This document shows, in pieces, positions 18,411 to 28,247 of a DNA stretch of 44,688 nt. Within the stretch, counting starts at the first letter, position 1. Each line of letters opens with the position of its first letter. The stretch spans positions 1 to 44,688 of the forward strand of contig JAKAHU010000001.1 of assembly GCA_021825385.1 (NCBI GenBank). Reading direction: 5' to 3'. The DNA comes from Chloroflexota bacterium. Its GTDB lineage: Bacteria > Chloroflexota > Limnocylindria > Limnocylindrales > CSP1-4. The position numbers and the translations under genes are program-made. Below the pieces are notes generated by a model, which was not told the origin of the DNA, ran no database searches, and saw nothing but the letters and a program-made list of their open reading frames with translations.

Positions 18411-19040
18411 TCAGGCGTCCCCATCCGGTGCGCCAGCGGTCTCCGTCGTCTCGGTGGTCTTGGCAGGCCCGGCCGCCTGGTCAGGCTCGGCCGGGAGGCG
18501 AAGCGCAGCCAGCGGCCCGCTCGGCAGCTCGAGGACCTGGACCTGGCCGCCGGCCGCCTCGATCTTGGCCACCGCGCTCTTGCTGAAGGCATCGGCGACG
18601 ACGAACAGGGGCGTGTGCACCTCGCCCTGGCCGAGCACCTTGAGCGGCTTGTCGAGCGTGCTCACCAGGCCAACGGCGCGCAGGATCTCCTGGTTGATCG
18701 TGATCGGAGCCGGCTTGCTGGCGGGCCCAGCCTTCGGGCCGGAGGCCGGCAGCTCGACGGGGGCGAGGCGGCCGAGCTCGACCAGGGTCGCGATCCGGCC
18801 GACGTTCACGACCTCGTAGTCGATCTTGAACCGGTTCTTGAAGCCACGCAGCTTGGGGATCCGGACGTGGATCGGTGTCTGGCCACCCTCGAACCAGGGC
18901 GGGATCGAGCCGCCGGTGCGTGCCTTCTGGCCCTTCGTGCCGCGCCCGGCGGTCTTACCCTTGCCCGCGGCGATGCCCCGGCCAACGCGGGTCCGGGGCG
19001 TCCGGGACCCGGCGGCCGGGTGCAGATCGTGCAGCTTCAT
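18411..19040 (-). CDS. rplO: 50S ribosomal protein L15 (extended, 209 aa)
   Basis: [41 protein letters not shown] is present. There is an internal Pro/Ala-rich insert and a C-terminal tail of about 45 aa. The start overlaps the rpmD stop (ATGA). Confidence 0.95.
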   Translation of the reverse strand: MKLHDLHPAAGSRTPRTRVGRGIAAGKGKTAGRGTKGQKARTGGSIPPWFEGGQTPIHVRIPKLRGFKNRFKIDYEVVNVGRIATLVELGRLAPVELPASGPKAGPASKPAPITINQEILRAVGLVSTLDKPLKVLGQGEVHTPLFVVADAFSKSAVAKIEAAGGQVQVLELPSGPLAALRLPAEPDQAAGPAKTTETTETAGAPDGDA

Positions 19041-19246
19041 GACTTCTCCTCAGCACCGGCTTCCGGAACCTCCTCGACCTGGACGAGGAACCGGACCTGG
19101 CGGACCATGCCGCGGGTTGCCGCGTTGTCGGGAACCTCGACGGTGTCGCCGATCCGATGGAGGCCCAGGGCCCGGATCGTGGCCCGGTTGCGGGCGACGT
19201 GGCTGATCGTGCTCTTGACCTGGGTAATGCGCAGCCTAGCGGCCAT
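19037..19246 (-). CDS. rpmD: 50S ribosomal protein L30
   Basis: 69 aa. [44 protein letters not shown] is present. Confidence 0.95.
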   Translation of the reverse strand: MAARLRITQVKSTISHVARNRATIRALGLHRIGDTVEVPDNAATRGMVRQVRFLVQVEEVPEAGAEEKS

Positions 19247-19769
19247 CGCCCACCTCCGATACCTGCTGGCCGGGGATGAACGAGCGCAGGGTCACGCCTC
19301 GCCGGACACTCAGCTCCTCGGCCGAGTGGAGGCTGCGCAGGGCCTCGATCGTGGCCCGGGTGACGTTGACCGGGTTCGTCGAGCCATGCGTCTTGGCCAG
19401 GATGTCGCGAATCCCGGCCGCCTCGACGACGGCCCGGACCGAGCCTCCGGCGACGACGCCGGTACCTCGCGAGGCCGGCTTGAGGAGCACCCGCGAGGCC
19501 GAGAACTCCTGGCGCACCTCGTGGGGGATCGTCGTCCCGACGAGCGGGACCCGGATCAGGTTCTTCTTCGCGTCCTCCACGCCCTTGCGGATTGCCTCGG
19601 GGACCTCGCCGGCCTTGCCCAGCCCGGCCCCGACGTGGCCCGCACCGTCGCCGACGACGACGATCGCGCTGAAGGAGAACCGGCGGCCGCCCTTGACGAC
19701 CTTGGCGACGCGATTGATCTGGACGACGCGCTCTTCGAGCGCGAGCTTACTGGGGTCGATCCTGGCCAC
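19236..19769 (-). CDS. rpsE: 30S ribosomal protein S5
   Basis: 177 aa. [28 protein letters not shown] is present. Confidence 0.97.
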   Translation of the reverse strand: MARIDPSKLALEERVVQINRVAKVVKGGRRFSFSAIVVVGDGAGHVGAGLGKAGEVPEAIRKGVEDAKKNLIRVPLVGTTIPHEVRQEFSASRVLLKPASRGTGVVAGGSVRAVVEAAGIRDILAKTHGSTNPVNVTRATIEALRSLHSAEELSVRRGVTLRSFIPGQQVSEVGDGR

Positions 19770-19787
19770 GTGATCAGCTCCTTCCGA

Positions 19788-20150
19788 TCAGAACTCGAGG
19801 CCGGCTTCGCGGGCGGCATCGGCGAGCGACTTGATCCGCCCGTGGTACCGGAACCCGGCTCGATCGAAGACGACACGCTCGACGCCGGCGGACCGTGCCC
19901 GCTCGGCGACGAGGCGACCGACGATCTTCGCCTCCTCGGTCTTCGTCTGCCTGGACCCGCGGAGCTCCGGCTCGAGGGTCGACGCCGCGGCGAGCGTCCG
20001 GCCGGTCGAGTCGTCGATCACCTGGGCGTAGATGTGGTTGAGGCTGCGGAACACCGCGAGACGCGGGCGCGACGGCGTACCGACTGTGTGCAGGCGGATC
20101 CGCTCGTGGCGCTTCTGTCGCGCGACGCCCCGACTGGCTGCCTGGGTCAT
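19788..20150 (-). CDS. rplR: 50S ribosomal protein L18
   Basis: 120 aa. [19 protein letters not shown]...[27 protein letters not shown] is present. Confidence 0.97.
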   Translation of the reverse strand: MTQAASRGVARQKRHERIRLHTVGTPSRPRLAVFRSLNHIYAQVIDDSTGRTLAAASTLEPELRGSRQTKTEEAKIVGRLVAERARSAGVERVVFDRAGFRYHGRIKSLADAAREAGLEF

Positions 20151-20181
20151 CGGGTGCGTTCCTTCGTGCTCGGGGTGATCG

Positions 20182-20733
20182 TCACTTCTTGCCGCCGATC
20201 TTGCCCGCCTTGCCGGCCTTGCGGCGGATCCGCTCGCCGGCGTACTTCACGCCCTTGCCCTTGTAGGGCTCGGGCTTGCGGGTGGCGCGGACACGGGCGG
20301 CCACCTGGCCGACGAGTTCCTTGTCGATCCCGACGACCGCCAGCCGGGTCGGGTTCTCGAGCTCGAAGCCGATCCCCGCCGGCGGCTCGATCTCGACCGG
20401 ATGGCTGTAGCCAAGGCTCAGCTGGAGCTTCTCACCGACCTTCTGGGCGCGGTAGCCGACGCCGGTGATCTCGAGCCCCTTGCGGTAGCCGTTCGTCACG
20501 CCCTCGACCATGTTGGCCACCAGGGTGCGGGTGAGACCGTGCAGCTGGCGGTGGATCTTCGCCTCGCTCGGCCGCTCGACGACGAGCGTGCCCTCCTCCT
20601 GGCGCACGATCATGTCCGGATGGAGGTCACGCCGGAGCGTCCCCTTCGGGCCGGTGACGGTGATCGAGCGCCCGTCGAGCGTGACCGTGACGCCGCTCGG
20701 AACGGCGATCGGTGCGCGACCGATTCGTGACAT
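20182..20733 (-). CDS. rplF: 50S ribosomal protein L6
   Basis: 183 aa. [21 protein letters not shown]...GVGYRA...[11 protein letters not shown] is present. Confidence 0.97.
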   Translation of the reverse strand: MSRIGRAPIAVPSGVTVTLDGRSITVTGPKGTLRRDLHPDMIVRQEEGTLVVERPSEAKIHRQLHGLTRTLVANMVEGVTNGYRKGLEITGVGYRAQKVGEKLQLSLGYSHPVEIEPPAGIGFELENPTRLAVVGIDKELVGQVAARVRATRKPEPYKGKGVKYAGERIRRKAGKAGKIGGKK

Positions 20734-20741
20734 GCGTCCCC

Positions 20742-21140
20742 CTACCAGACGTAGGCGAGGACTTCGCCGCCGAGCTGGGCCTTGCGGGCCTGCGCGCCGG
20801 TCATGATCCCCTGGCTGGTGCTGACGATGACGATCCCGAGGCCACCGAGGACGCGGGGAATCTCGGTCTTGCGGGCATAGACGCGCAGGCCCGGCTTGCT
20901 GATCCGCTTCAGCCCCGAGACGACGGGCACCTTGCCGTCGACGTACTTCAGAGTCAGGCGCAGCACCTGGCTGGCGCCGTCCCGGTCCTCGCGCACGTCG
21001 GCGATGAAGCCCTCGTCCTTGAGGATCCGGGCGATCTCGCGCTTCGTGCGTGAGGCCGGCACGACCACCTCGGTGTGCCTCGCGCGCGACGCGTTGCGGA
21101 TGCGCGTCAGCATGTCCGCGATCGGGTCGGAGATGTTCAT
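20742..21140 (-). CDS. rpsH: 30S ribosomal protein S8
   Basis: Canonical start [17 protein letters not shown] at ATG 21140. The 28 codons upstream in track ORF 20742..21224 overlap rpsN and are rejected. Confidence 0.96.
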   Translation of the reverse strand: MNISDPIADMLTRIRNASRARHTEVVVPASRTKREIARILKDEGFIADVREDRDGASQVLRLTLKYVDGKVPVVSGLKRISKPGLRVYARKTEIPRVLGGLGIVIVSTSQGIMTGAQARKAQLGGEVLAYVW

Positions 21141-21147
21141 CGGTTCC

Positions 21148-21333
21148 CTACCAGCTCGACTTCGTGACGCCCGGCAGCTCGCCCTGGAGCGCTCGCTCCC
21201 GGAAGCAGATGCGGCAGAGCGCAAATCGCCGGATGTAGGCGCGCGGTCGGCCGCACACGGTGCACCGGTGGTGAGCCTGCACCTTGTGCTTGGGGGGCCG
21301 CTTGGCCTTGGCGATCATCGATTTCTTGGCCAT
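21148..21333 (-). CDS. rpsN: 30S ribosomal protein S14 type Z (zinc-binding, 61 aa)
   Basis: [18 protein letters not shown]...[23 protein letters not shown] has a CxxC...CxxC pattern. Confidence 0.96.
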   Translation of the reverse strand: MAKKSMIAKAKRPPKHKVQAHHRCTVCGRPRAYIRRFALCRICFRERALQGELPGVTKSSW

Positions 21334-21351
21334 GGATCTCCCTCCCCGCGC

Positions 21352-21891
21352 CTAACCGGCGAAGGGCATGCCGAGGAGCTCGAGCAGACGCTTCGATTCC
21401 TCGTCGGTCTTCGCCGTCGTCACGATGCTGATCTCCAGCCCGCGGAGACGGTCCACCTTGTCGTAGTCGATCTCCGGGAAGGCGAGCTGCTCCCGGAGCC
21501 CGAGCGAGTAATTGCCCCGGCCGTCGAACGACTTGCCGGGCACGCCCCGGAAGTCGCGGATCCGGGGCAGGGCGAGCGTCGTCAGGCGCTCGAGGAAATC
21601 CCACATCCGCTCGCCCCGCAGGGTCACCTTCACCCCGATCGGGTTCCCGGTCCGGAGGCGGAACTGCGAGATCGAGCGCCGGGCGCGGGTGACGATCGGC
21701 TTCTGGCCGGTGATCATGGCGATGTCGCCGACCGCGGCGTCGATCGCCTTCGCGTTCTGGAGCGCCTCGCCCAGACCGACGTTGACGACGATCTTTGCCA
21801 GGCGCGGGACCTGCATCGGGTTGTCGTAGCCGAACTGCTTGCGCAGGGCGGGCACGACCTCCTCGCGGTAGCGCTCGTGAAGGCGGCTCAT
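21352..21891 (-). CDS. rplE: 50S ribosomal protein L5
   Basis: 179 aa. [43 protein letters not shown] is present. Confidence 0.97.
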   Translation of the reverse strand: MSRLHERYREEVVPALRKQFGYDNPMQVPRLAKIVVNVGLGEALQNAKAIDAAVGDIAMITGQKPIVTRARRSISQFRLRTGNPIGVKVTLRGERMWDFLERLTTLALPRIRDFRGVPGKSFDGRGNYSLGLREQLAFPEIDYDKVDRLRGLEISIVTTAKTDEESKRLLELLGMPFAG

Positions 21892-22328
21892 CAGGCCTTC
21901 ACCTCCAACTGCTCGCCGCAGTGGCGACAGACCCGGACGCGCCGGCCGTTCTCGAGGGTGACGTGCGAGACGCGGGTCGGCTGGTCACAGCGCGGGCAGA
22001 CGAGCATCACCTTGCCGATCGCCAGCGGCTGGGGGATCTCGAGGATTCCTCCCTGCTGGACGGCCGGCACGCGATCGGTCTGGCTGGCCTTCGGGCGCGG
22101 CTTCGTGTGGCGTTTGGCGATGTTCAGCCCGCCGACGACGACGTATGGGCCCCGGAGCGCCTTGACCGGCGCGACGGCGGCACCATAGCCGCGCGACGAC
22201 GAGCGGGCGCTGCGGTGGACGCGTTCGACGACGCCACGCTTGCCGGCGTCCTTGCCGCTGAGCACGACGACCGTGTCGCCCTTGCGGATCTCGGGAATTC
22301 GGGCCGGGCTGGCCGGGGTGCGCGTCAT
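21891..22328 (-). CDS. rplX: 50S ribosomal protein L24 (long variant with Cys4 motif)
   Basis: 145 aa. The KOW motif is [21 protein letters not shown], and [11 protein letters not shown] is present. The C-terminus [10 protein letters not shown]...VCRHCGE carries the Cys4 motif. There is an insert of about 19 aa after the KOW motif. Confidence 0.93.
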   Translation of the reverse strand: MTRTPASPARIPEIRKGDTVVVLSGKDAGKRGVVERVHRSARSSSRGYGAAVAPVKALRGPYVVVGGLNIAKRHTKPRPKASQTDRVPAVQQGGILEIPQPLAIGKVMLVCPRCDQPTRVSHVTLENGRRVRVCRHCGEQLEVKA

Positions 22329-22697
22329 CTAGAGCACCTCCGGGGCGAGCGAGACGATCTTCATGTAGTTGCGATCCCGCAGCTCACGGGCAACCGGGCC
22401 GAAGATCCGGGTGCCGCGCGGGTTGCCCTGGTTGTTGATCAGCACGGCGGCGTTCTCGTCGAACCGGATGTAGCTCCCGTCCGGGCGCCCGTACTCCTTG
22501 GCCGTGCGCACGATCACCGCCCGAACGACGTCGCCCTTCTTGACCGCCGCGTTCGGGATCGCGCTCTTGACGCTGGCGATGATCACGTCGCCGATGCCAG
22601 CGGTCGTCTTCTGCGAGCGACCCATCACCCGGATCGCCTGGATCGTCCGAGCGCCCGTGTTGTCGGCGACCTTGAGGCGGGTCTGCATCTGGATCAT
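22329..22697 (-). CDS. rplN: 50S ribosomal protein L14
   Basis: 122 aa. [17 protein letters not shown] is present. The start overlaps the rpsQ stop. Confidence 0.98.
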   Translation of the reverse strand: MIQMQTRLKVADNTGARTIQAIRVMGRSQKTTAGIGDVIIASVKSAIPNAAVKKGDVVRAVIVRTAKEYGRPDGSYIRFDENAAVLINNQGNPRGTRIFGPVARELRDRNYMKIVSLAPEVL

Positions 22698-23101
22698 GCC
22701 GACGCCTCCTCACCCTCGCTCGGACGCACCTTGCCGGGATGGGCGGCGGCGTGGATCGCCTCGGCCGTCTCGGCCTCCTCGGCCACGATCTCGCTCGGAC
22801 TGCCGTGCTCGCCGGCCCGGGCCACGACCTCGACCAGGCGCCAGCGCTTCGTTGCCGAGAGCGGGCGGGATTCCTCGATCAGGACCGTGTCGCCGACGTG
22901 GGCCTCGTTCAGCTCGTCGTGGGCCTTGAACTTCGTGGTCAAGCGGATCACCCGCTTGTAGAGGGGATGCCGCGCGAGACGGGCGACGGACACGACGATC
23001 GTCTTGTCCATCTTGTCGCTCACGACGCGGCCGACCTTCGTCTTCCGCTTGCCTGTGGTCACGGTGGTGCTGGCTCCTGTCATCGCGTGATCTCCCGTCA
23101 C
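22694..23101 (-). CDS. rpsQ: 30S ribosomal protein S17 (C-terminally extended)
   Basis: [17 protein letters not shown]...[16 protein letters not shown] is followed by an acidic tail of about 45 aa. The start is either GTG 23101 (GTGA overlap with the rpmC stop) or ATG 23083. Confidence 0.94.
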   Translation of the reverse strand: MTGDHAMTGASTTVTTGKRKTKVGRVVSDKMDKTIVVSVARLARHPLYKRVIRLTTKFKAHDELNEAHVGDTVLIEESRPLSATKRWRLVEVVARAGEHGSPSEIVAEEAETAEAIHAAAHPGKVRPSEGEEASA

Positions 23102-23298
23102 GCCGTCCGACCGAGCTTGCGCTCGTTCTGGACGGTGAGGATCCGCGCGATCGTTCGACGGGTTTGGGGGATGGCGCTGTAGTCCTTGAGCTGGCGCGTC
23201 GAGAGCTGGAAGCGCGCCTGCCAGAGCTCCTGCTTGGCCTCGCGGAGTGCCTGCTCCAGCTCGGCATCGGAGAGGGCGCGGACCTTATCGATGTCCAT
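23098..23298 (-). CDS. rpmC: 50S ribosomal protein L29
   Basis: [37 protein letters not shown] is present. ATG 23298 has AGGAGG 6 nt upstream. The track start (GTG 23322) is less likely. Confidence 0.94.
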   Translation of the reverse strand: MDIDKVRALSDAELEQALREAKQELWQARFQLSTRQLKDYSAIPQTRRTIARILTVQNERKLGRTA

Positions 23299-23722
23299 CA
23301 GCCGCCTCCTGGACGCCCTCACGCACGACGACCCGCGTCGCGACCGGGAGCTTGTGGCTGGCCAGGCGCATCGCCTCGACCGCCTCCTCGTGGCCGATGC
23401 CGGCCATCTCGAACAGGATCCGGCCCGGCTTGACGACCGCCACCCAGTGGTCGGGCGCGCCCTTGCCGGAGCCCATCCTGGTTTCGGCCGGCTTCTTCGT
23501 CGCCGGCTTGTCGGGGAAGATCCGAATCCAGATCTTGCCGCCGCGCTTGACCGAGCGGGTCATCGCCCGCCGGGCAGCCTCGATTTGGCGGCTGGTGATC
23601 CAGGCCGGCTCCAGCGTGGCCAGCCCATAGTCGCCGAAGGCGACCGTGTGCCCGCCCTTGGCCAGGCCCGACATCCGCCCGCGCATGACCTTGCGGTGCT
23701 TGACGCGTCGTGGCATCAGCAT
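23285..23722 (-). CDS. rplP: 50S ribosomal protein L16
   Basis: Canonical start [19 protein letters not shown] at ATG 23722, directly after the rpsC stop. The rest of track ORF 23285..24346 is an out-of-frame extension through rpsC. Confidence 0.96.
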   Translation of the reverse strand: MLMPRRVKHRKVMRGRMSGLAKGGHTVAFGDYGLATLEPAWITSRQIEAARRAMTRSVKRGGKIWIRIFPDKPATKKPAETRMGSGKGAPDHWVAVVKPGRILFEMAGIGHEEAVEAMRLASHKLPVATRVVVREGVQEAADGHR

Positions 23723-23724
23723 CG

Positions 23725-24408
23725 CTACGCTCCTCCTGCCGCGCCGGCCAGGGTGGCCGGTGCCTCGCGGTGGGCCATCCGCTCGGGGACGATGTCGCCG
23801 CGGTAGATCCAGACCTTGACCCCGATCCGGCCATACGTCGTGTGGGCGTGGACCTGGCCATAGCTGATGTCCGCCCGAAGCGTGCCGAGCGGGATCCGCC
23901 CCTCGCGGTCCCACTCGCGCCGGGCCATCTCCGAGCCGCCGAGCCGACCGGCGACGGCGATCTTGACGCCCTTTGCGCCGGCCTTCATCGTGCGCTGGAT
24001 CGACTGCTTCATCGCCTTCTTGAACGCGATCCGGCGGCTCAGCTGCTGGGCCACGTTCATCGCCACCAGGTAGGCGTCGAGCTCGGGCTGACGGATCTCC
24101 TTGATCTCCAGCTTGACCTTGCGCTTCGTGAGGGCGCCGATCTGCTGGCGCAGGATCTCCACGTTCGCGCCGCCCTTGCCGATCACGATCCCCGGTTTGG
24201 CCGTGTGGACGGTGACCGTCACATGGTTGATGCCGCGCTCGATCTCGACCTGGCTGACGCTCGCGTTGGCGAGCCGCTGGGCGACCAGTTGACGGATCGC
24301 GATGTCCTCCTGGAGGAGGCTCGTGTATTCCTTGTCCGCATACCACTTCGCGGTCCAGGTGCGCGAGACACCGAGCCGGAAGCCGTACGGATGGACCTTG
24401 TGTCCCAT
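23725..24408 (-). CDS. rpsC: 30S ribosomal protein S3
   Basis: 227 aa. [24 protein letters not shown] is present, with a KH domain. Confidence 0.97.
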   Translation of the reverse strand: MGHKVHPYGFRLGVSRTWTAKWYADKEYTSLLQEDIAIRQLVAQRLANASVSQVEIERGINHVTVTVHTAKPGIVIGKGGANVEILRQQIGALTKRKVKLEIKEIRQPELDAYLVAMNVAQQLSRRIAFKKAMKQSIQRTMKAGAKGVKIAVAGRLGGSEMARREWDREGRIPLGTLRADISYGQVHAHTTYGRIGVKVWIYRGDIVPERMAHREAPATLAGAAGGA

Positions 24409-24410
24409 GC

Positions 24411-24749
24411 TCAGGCCTCCCGGTCCGCGACGACGATCGTGATGTGGGTCATGGGCTTGTGGATCGGGAACGCCCGACCCTGGGCCCGCGGCCGCCAGCG
24501 CTTGATCGTCGGCCCCTCATCGGCGTGAGCCTCGACGACGACCAGGTCCTCGGCGGACAGGTTGTGGTTGTTCTCGGCATTGGCGGTCGCACTCTTCAGC
24601 ACGGCCGCGACGTCCCGGGCGGCTCGTTGAGGCATGAACCGCAGGAGCGCGGCCGCATCCTCAACCGGCCGGCCCTTGATCGCCTGGGTGACCAGGTGGA
24701 CCTTGCGGGTCGAGCCGCGGAGGTACTTGGCGGTGGCAGAAACGCGCAC
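24411..24749 (-). CDS. rplV: 50S ribosomal protein L22
   Basis: 112 aa. [26 protein letters not shown]...[16 protein letters not shown] is present. Confidence 0.97.
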   Translation of the reverse strand: MRVSATAKYLRGSTRKVHLVTQAIKGRPVEDAAALLRFMPQRAARDVAAVLKSATANAENNHNLSAEDLVVVEAHADEGPTIKRWRPRAQGRAFPIHKPMTHITIVVADREA

Positions 24750-24759
24750 GGGTCGGCCC

Positions 24760-25044
24760 CTACTTCAGCGACGTCGACCGCTCGGTGTGCTTCCCGTGCC
24801 CGCGGAAGGTGCGGGTGGGAGCGAACTCACCGAGCCGGTGGCCGACCATGTTCTCGGTCACGTAGACCGGGATGTGCTTCTTGCCGTTGTACACGGCGAT
24901 CGTGTGCCCGATGAAGTCGGGGAAGATCACCGACGCTCGGGACCAGGTCTTGACGACCCGCTTCTCGCTGCGCTTGTTCATCTCCTGAACGCGGCCGAGG
25001 AGCCGCGCCTCGACGAACGGTCCCTTCTTGACCGAACGCGACAT
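24760..25044 (-). CDS. rpsS: 30S ribosomal protein S19
   Basis: 94 aa. [11 protein letters not shown]...[38 protein letters not shown] is present. Confidence 0.98.
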   Translation of the reverse strand: MSRSVKKGPFVEARLLGRVQEMNKRSEKRVVKTWSRASVIFPDFIGHTIAVYNGKKHIPVYVTENMVGHRLGEFAPTRTFRGHGKHTERSTSLK

Positions 25045-25062
25045 GCTCTTGCCTCCTCCCCG

Positions 25063-25890
25063 CTACTTGCGGTGCCTGGACCGCACGATGAGGCGGCCGG
25101 TGGTCTTCGAACGACGGGTGCGGTAGCCCATGGCGGGCTTGCCCCACGGCGTCTTGGGCGGCATCCCGGTCGGCGACTTGCCCTCGCCGCCGCCGTGCGG
25201 ATGGTCACGCGGTGTCATCGCGACACCCCGGACCTCCGGTCGGCGGCCGAGATGACGGGCCCGACCGGCCTTGCCCAGGCTCTGATTCTCGTGATCCAGG
25301 TTCGACACCTGGCCGATCGTGGCCATGCACCGGATGCTGACCCGGCGAACCTCGCCCGAGGGCAGGCGCACCTGGGCGTACTCACCCTCCTTGGCCAGCA
25401 GCTGGGCCGACGCACCGGCCGAGCGGACGATCTGCCCGCCCCGACCGGGCACGAGCTCGATGTTGTGGATCGTCGTGCCGAGCGGGATGTTCGCGATCGG
25501 CAGAGCGTTGCCGACCCGGGCCTCGGCCTCGGGACCGGCCACGACCACGTCGCCCACCTTGAGCCCGTGGGGCAGGAGCAGGTAGCGCTTCTCGCCATCG
25601 CGGTAGTGGAGCAGCCCGATCCGGGCGGAGCGGTTCGGGTCGTACTCGATCGTCGCCAGGCGGGCCGGGATCCCGATCTTGTCGCGCTTGAAGTCGATCC
25701 GGCGATAGTGCTGCTTCTCGCCGCCGCCACGGTGGCGAACGGTCATCCGGCCGGCGTTGTTGCGACCGGAGGTGCGCTTCTGGGGCTCCAGGAGCGGCTT
25801 GTACGGCTCGCGGGTTGTGACCTCCTCGAACGTCGAGCGGGTCATGAACCGGCGGCCCGGGGAGGTCGGCTTGTAGCTGCGGAGCGGCAT
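25063..25890 (-). CDS. rplB: 50S ribosomal protein L2
   Basis: 275 aa. [19 protein letters not shown]...[11 protein letters not shown] is present. Confidence 0.98.
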   Translation of the reverse strand: MPLRSYKPTSPGRRFMTRSTFEEVTTREPYKPLLEPQKRTSGRNNAGRMTVRHRGGGEKQHYRRIDFKRDKIGIPARLATIEYDPNRSARIGLLHYRDGEKRYLLLPHGLKVGDVVVAGPEAEARVGNALPIANIPLGTTIHNIELVPGRGGQIVRSAGASAQLLAKEGEYAQVRLPSGEVRRVSIRCMATIGQVSNLDHENQSLGKAGRARHLGRRPEVRGVAMTPRDHPHGGGEGKSPTGMPPKTPWGKPAMGYRTRRSKTTGRLIVRSRHRK

Positions 25891-25891
25891 C

Positions 25892-26203
25892 TCAGACCCC
25901 CTCGAAGAACTCGATCTTCTGGCCGGCGGCCAGGGTCACGATCGCCTTGCGCCAGGGCGAGGTATGACCGACGATCCGGCCGCGGCGCGTACCGCGGCGC
26001 TTCTCCCTCGCCTTCGTGGTCAGCACGTTCACCCCGACCACGGTCACCTTCTCCTGCCGGTAGAGCTCCTCGATCGCGGCCTTGATCTGGATCTTGTTGG
26101 CCTCCGGGTGAACCTCGAAGGTGTACTTGCCGCGCTGGGATTCGTCCATCGACTTCTCGCTGATCACCGGCCGGATGATCACCTCGTGGGCGGTGAGGCT
26201 CAT
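25892..26203 (-). CDS. rplW: 50S ribosomal protein L23
   Basis: 103 aa. [41 protein letters not shown] is present. Confidence 0.96.
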   Translation of the reverse strand: MSLTAHEVIIRPVISEKSMDESQRGKYTFEVHPEANKIQIKAAIEELYRQEKVTVVGVNVLTTKAREKRRGTRRGRIVGHTSPWRKAIVTLAAGQKIEFFEGV

Positions 26204-26823
26204 GCGTACACCTCCTCCATCCGGGCGAGGGCCGGCTGCTCGATCAGGACCACGTCCGCCTTGAGCAGGTCGACGACGTTCAGCGAGTCGGCCAGGATCA
26301 CCTCGACCCTGGGCAGGTTGCGGGCCGACAGCTCGAGCTTCTCGTCACGGGCCGGGGCGACGACGAGCACCCGGCCCGCCGCCTCGAGGGCGTCGAGGAT
26401 GCCCACGAAGTCCTTCGTCCTGATCGCCTCCAGAGCGAACGCGTCGATCACCCGGATCGCATCGTCGCCGAACTTCGAGGTGAGCGCACCGCGGAGCGCG
26501 AGGCGCTTCATCCGGCGCGGCAGGCGCTGCTCATAGGAGCGCGGATGGGGGCCGAAGACGACCCCGCCGCCGGCGAAGTGGGGCGCCCGGCGTGACCCCT
26601 GGCGGGCGCGGCCGGTGCCCTTCTGGCGGTACGGCTTGCGACCGCCGCCGCGGACCTCGCCGCGGGTCTTCGTGTCGTGCGTGCCAAGATGCCGACCGGC
26701 CAGCTGCGCGGTCACGACCTGGTGCAGGACGGCGGCGTTGACCGGCGCCGCGAACAGCTCGTCGGGCAGCTCGACGCTGCCGATCGAGGCCCCGGTCCGG
26801 TCGTAGAGCGTGGTCTGTGGCAT
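26200..26823 (-). CDS. rplD: 50S ribosomal protein L4
   Basis: 207 aa. [42 protein letters not shown] is present. Confidence 0.97.
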   Translation of the reverse strand: MPQTTLYDRTGASIGSVELPDELFAAPVNAAVLHQVVTAQLAGRHLGTHDTKTRGEVRGGGRKPYRQKGTGRARQGSRRAPHFAGGGVVFGPHPRSYEQRLPRRMKRLALRGALTSKFGDDAIRVIDAFALEAIRTKDFVGILDALEAAGRVLVVAPARDEKLELSARNLPRVEVILADSLNVVDLLKADVVLIEQPALARMEEVYA

Positions 26824-26825
26824 CG

Positions 26826-27434
26826 CTAGGCCTTCTTCACGAGGATGAGCGCGTTGCGCGCGCCCGGCAGCGGCCCCTTGACCAGGATCAGGTTGCGCTC
26901 CGGGTCCGTGCGCACGACGCGCAGCTTCTTGGTCGTGGTCCGAGCATCGCCCATGTGGCCCGCCATCCGGAGTCCCCGGTAGACCCGGCCCGGCGTCGTA
27001 CCGGGCCCGATCGAACCTGGCTCGCGGTGGTGGTCCGAGCCGTGGGTCTTGGGACCACGCTTGAAATGGTGGCGCTTGATGTGGCCGGCGAAACCCTTGC
27101 CCTTCGAGACGCCGGTGACGTCGACCAGATCGCCGGGGGCAAACAGGCTGACGTCGAGCTTCTGTCCGACCTCGAAGGCCTCGACGTCCTCGACCCGAAA
27201 CTCGCGGATCGTGCTCAGCGGCGGCAGACCGCGGAGCTGACCACGCTCGGGCCGGGTGATCTTCTTTGACTCCTCGACTCCGAGCTGGACCGCGCTGTAG
27301 CCGTCGCGGGCGGGGGTCCGCAGGCGGGTGACCGTGTTCGGCTCGACGGCCAGGACACTCACCGCGACCATCGTCCCATCGTCCTGGAAGACCTGGGTCA
27401 TGCCGACCTTGCGGCCGATCAATCCGATGCTCAT
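26826..27434 (-). CDS. rplC: 50S ribosomal protein L3
   Basis: 202 aa. [16 protein letters not shown]...[22 protein letters not shown] is present. Confidence 0.98.
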   Translation of the reverse strand: MSIGLIGRKVGMTQVFQDDGTMVAVSVLAVEPNTVTRLRTPARDGYSAVQLGVEESKKITRPERGQLRGLPPLSTIREFRVEDVEAFEVGQKLDVSLFAPGDLVDVTGVSKGKGFAGHIKRHHFKRGPKTHGSDHHREPGSIGPGTTPGRVYRGLRMAGHMGDARTTTKKLRVVRTDPERNLILVKGPLPGARNALILVKKA

Positions 27435-27483
27435 CGTCCGAGGGCCTCCCCGGGCCGGTGCTGGGTGCGCTCCATCGTCCTCA

Positions 27484-27792
27484 TCACATCTTGATCTCGA
27501 TGTCGACGCCCGCCGCGAGCGAGAGTCGCATCAGCGCATCGACCGTCTTCGACGACGGATCGAGGATGTCGACCAGCCGCTTGTGGGTCCGGATCTCGAA
27601 CTGCTCCCGGCTGTCCTTGTCGATGAAGGGCGAGCGGAGGACGGTGAACTTCTCGATCCGCGTCGGCAGCGGGACGGGGCCAACGACGTCGGCACCGGTC
27701 CGCTGGGCGGTCTCCACGATCTGGGCCGCCGACTGGTCGAGCAGCCGGTGGTCGTACGCCTTGAGGCGGATCCTGATCCGCTGCTTGGCCAT
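27484..27792 (-). CDS. rpsJ: 30S ribosomal protein S10
   Basis: 102 aa. [29 protein letters not shown]...[26 protein letters not shown] is present. It starts 7 nt after the tuf stop. Confidence 0.98.
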   Translation of the reverse strand: MAKQRIRIRLKAYDHRLLDQSAAQIVETAQRTGADVVGPVPLPTRIEKFTVLRSPFIDKDSREQFEIRTHKRLVDILDPSSKTVDALMRLSLAAGVDIEIKM

Positions 27793-28247
27793 GGCGCGCC
27801 TACTCGAGGATGCTCACGATCGCGCCGGCCCCGACCGTCCGCCCACCCTCACGGATGGCGAACCGCTGGCCGACCTCGAGCGCGATCGGGGTGATGAGCT
27901 CGACGCTCATCTCGACGTTGTCACCGGGCATGATCATCTCGGCCCCTGGGGGCAGCCCGATCGCCCCGGTGACGTCGGTCGTGCGCAGGTAGAACTGGGG
28001 CCGGTAGCCGTTGTAGAACGGGGTGTGCCGGCCGCCCTCCTCCTTGGTCAGGACGTACACCTGGGCGGTGAACTTCGTGTGCGGCTTGATGCTCCCGGGC
28101 TTGGCGAGGACCTGGCCGCGCTCGATCTCGTCGCGCTCGATCCCGCGCAGGAGGCAGCCGATGTTGTCTCCGGCGCGGCCCTCGTCGAGGAGCTTCTTGA
28201 ACATCTCGACCCCGGTCACGACGACCTTGCGGGTCGGGTGGATGCCG
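27784..28247. repeat. perfect direct repeat, copy A (3' part of tuf plus 16 nt downstream), partner at 44225..44688
   Basis: I compared the two stretches base by base at a constant offset of 16441 nt. I saw no mismatch from 27784/44225 to the window end. Confidence 0.9.

Noticed and set aside
16779-20468. Very long plus-strand ORFs. Examples: 1229 aa at 16779..20468, 718 aa at 3751..5907, 824 aa at 34381..36855, 787 aa at 38008..40371, 740 aa at 29096..31318, 614 aa at 32188..34032, 550 aa at 12214..13866, 514 aa at 27458..29002 and 477 aa at 7169..8602.
   Set aside because: Each lies antisense to a universally conserved gene (secY, r-proteins, glmS, rpoC, rpoB, fusA, tuf, rpoA, cdaR). Their translations are Arg/Pro/Gly/Asp/Ala-rich low-complexity strings with no recognisable motifs. 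At about 70% GC, stop codons are rare in antisense frames, so such shadow ORFs are expected.
27793-27799. E. coli-type S10 leader (L4 attenuator) between tuf and rpsJ
   Set aside because: The spacer is only 7 nt, so there is no room for a leader structure.
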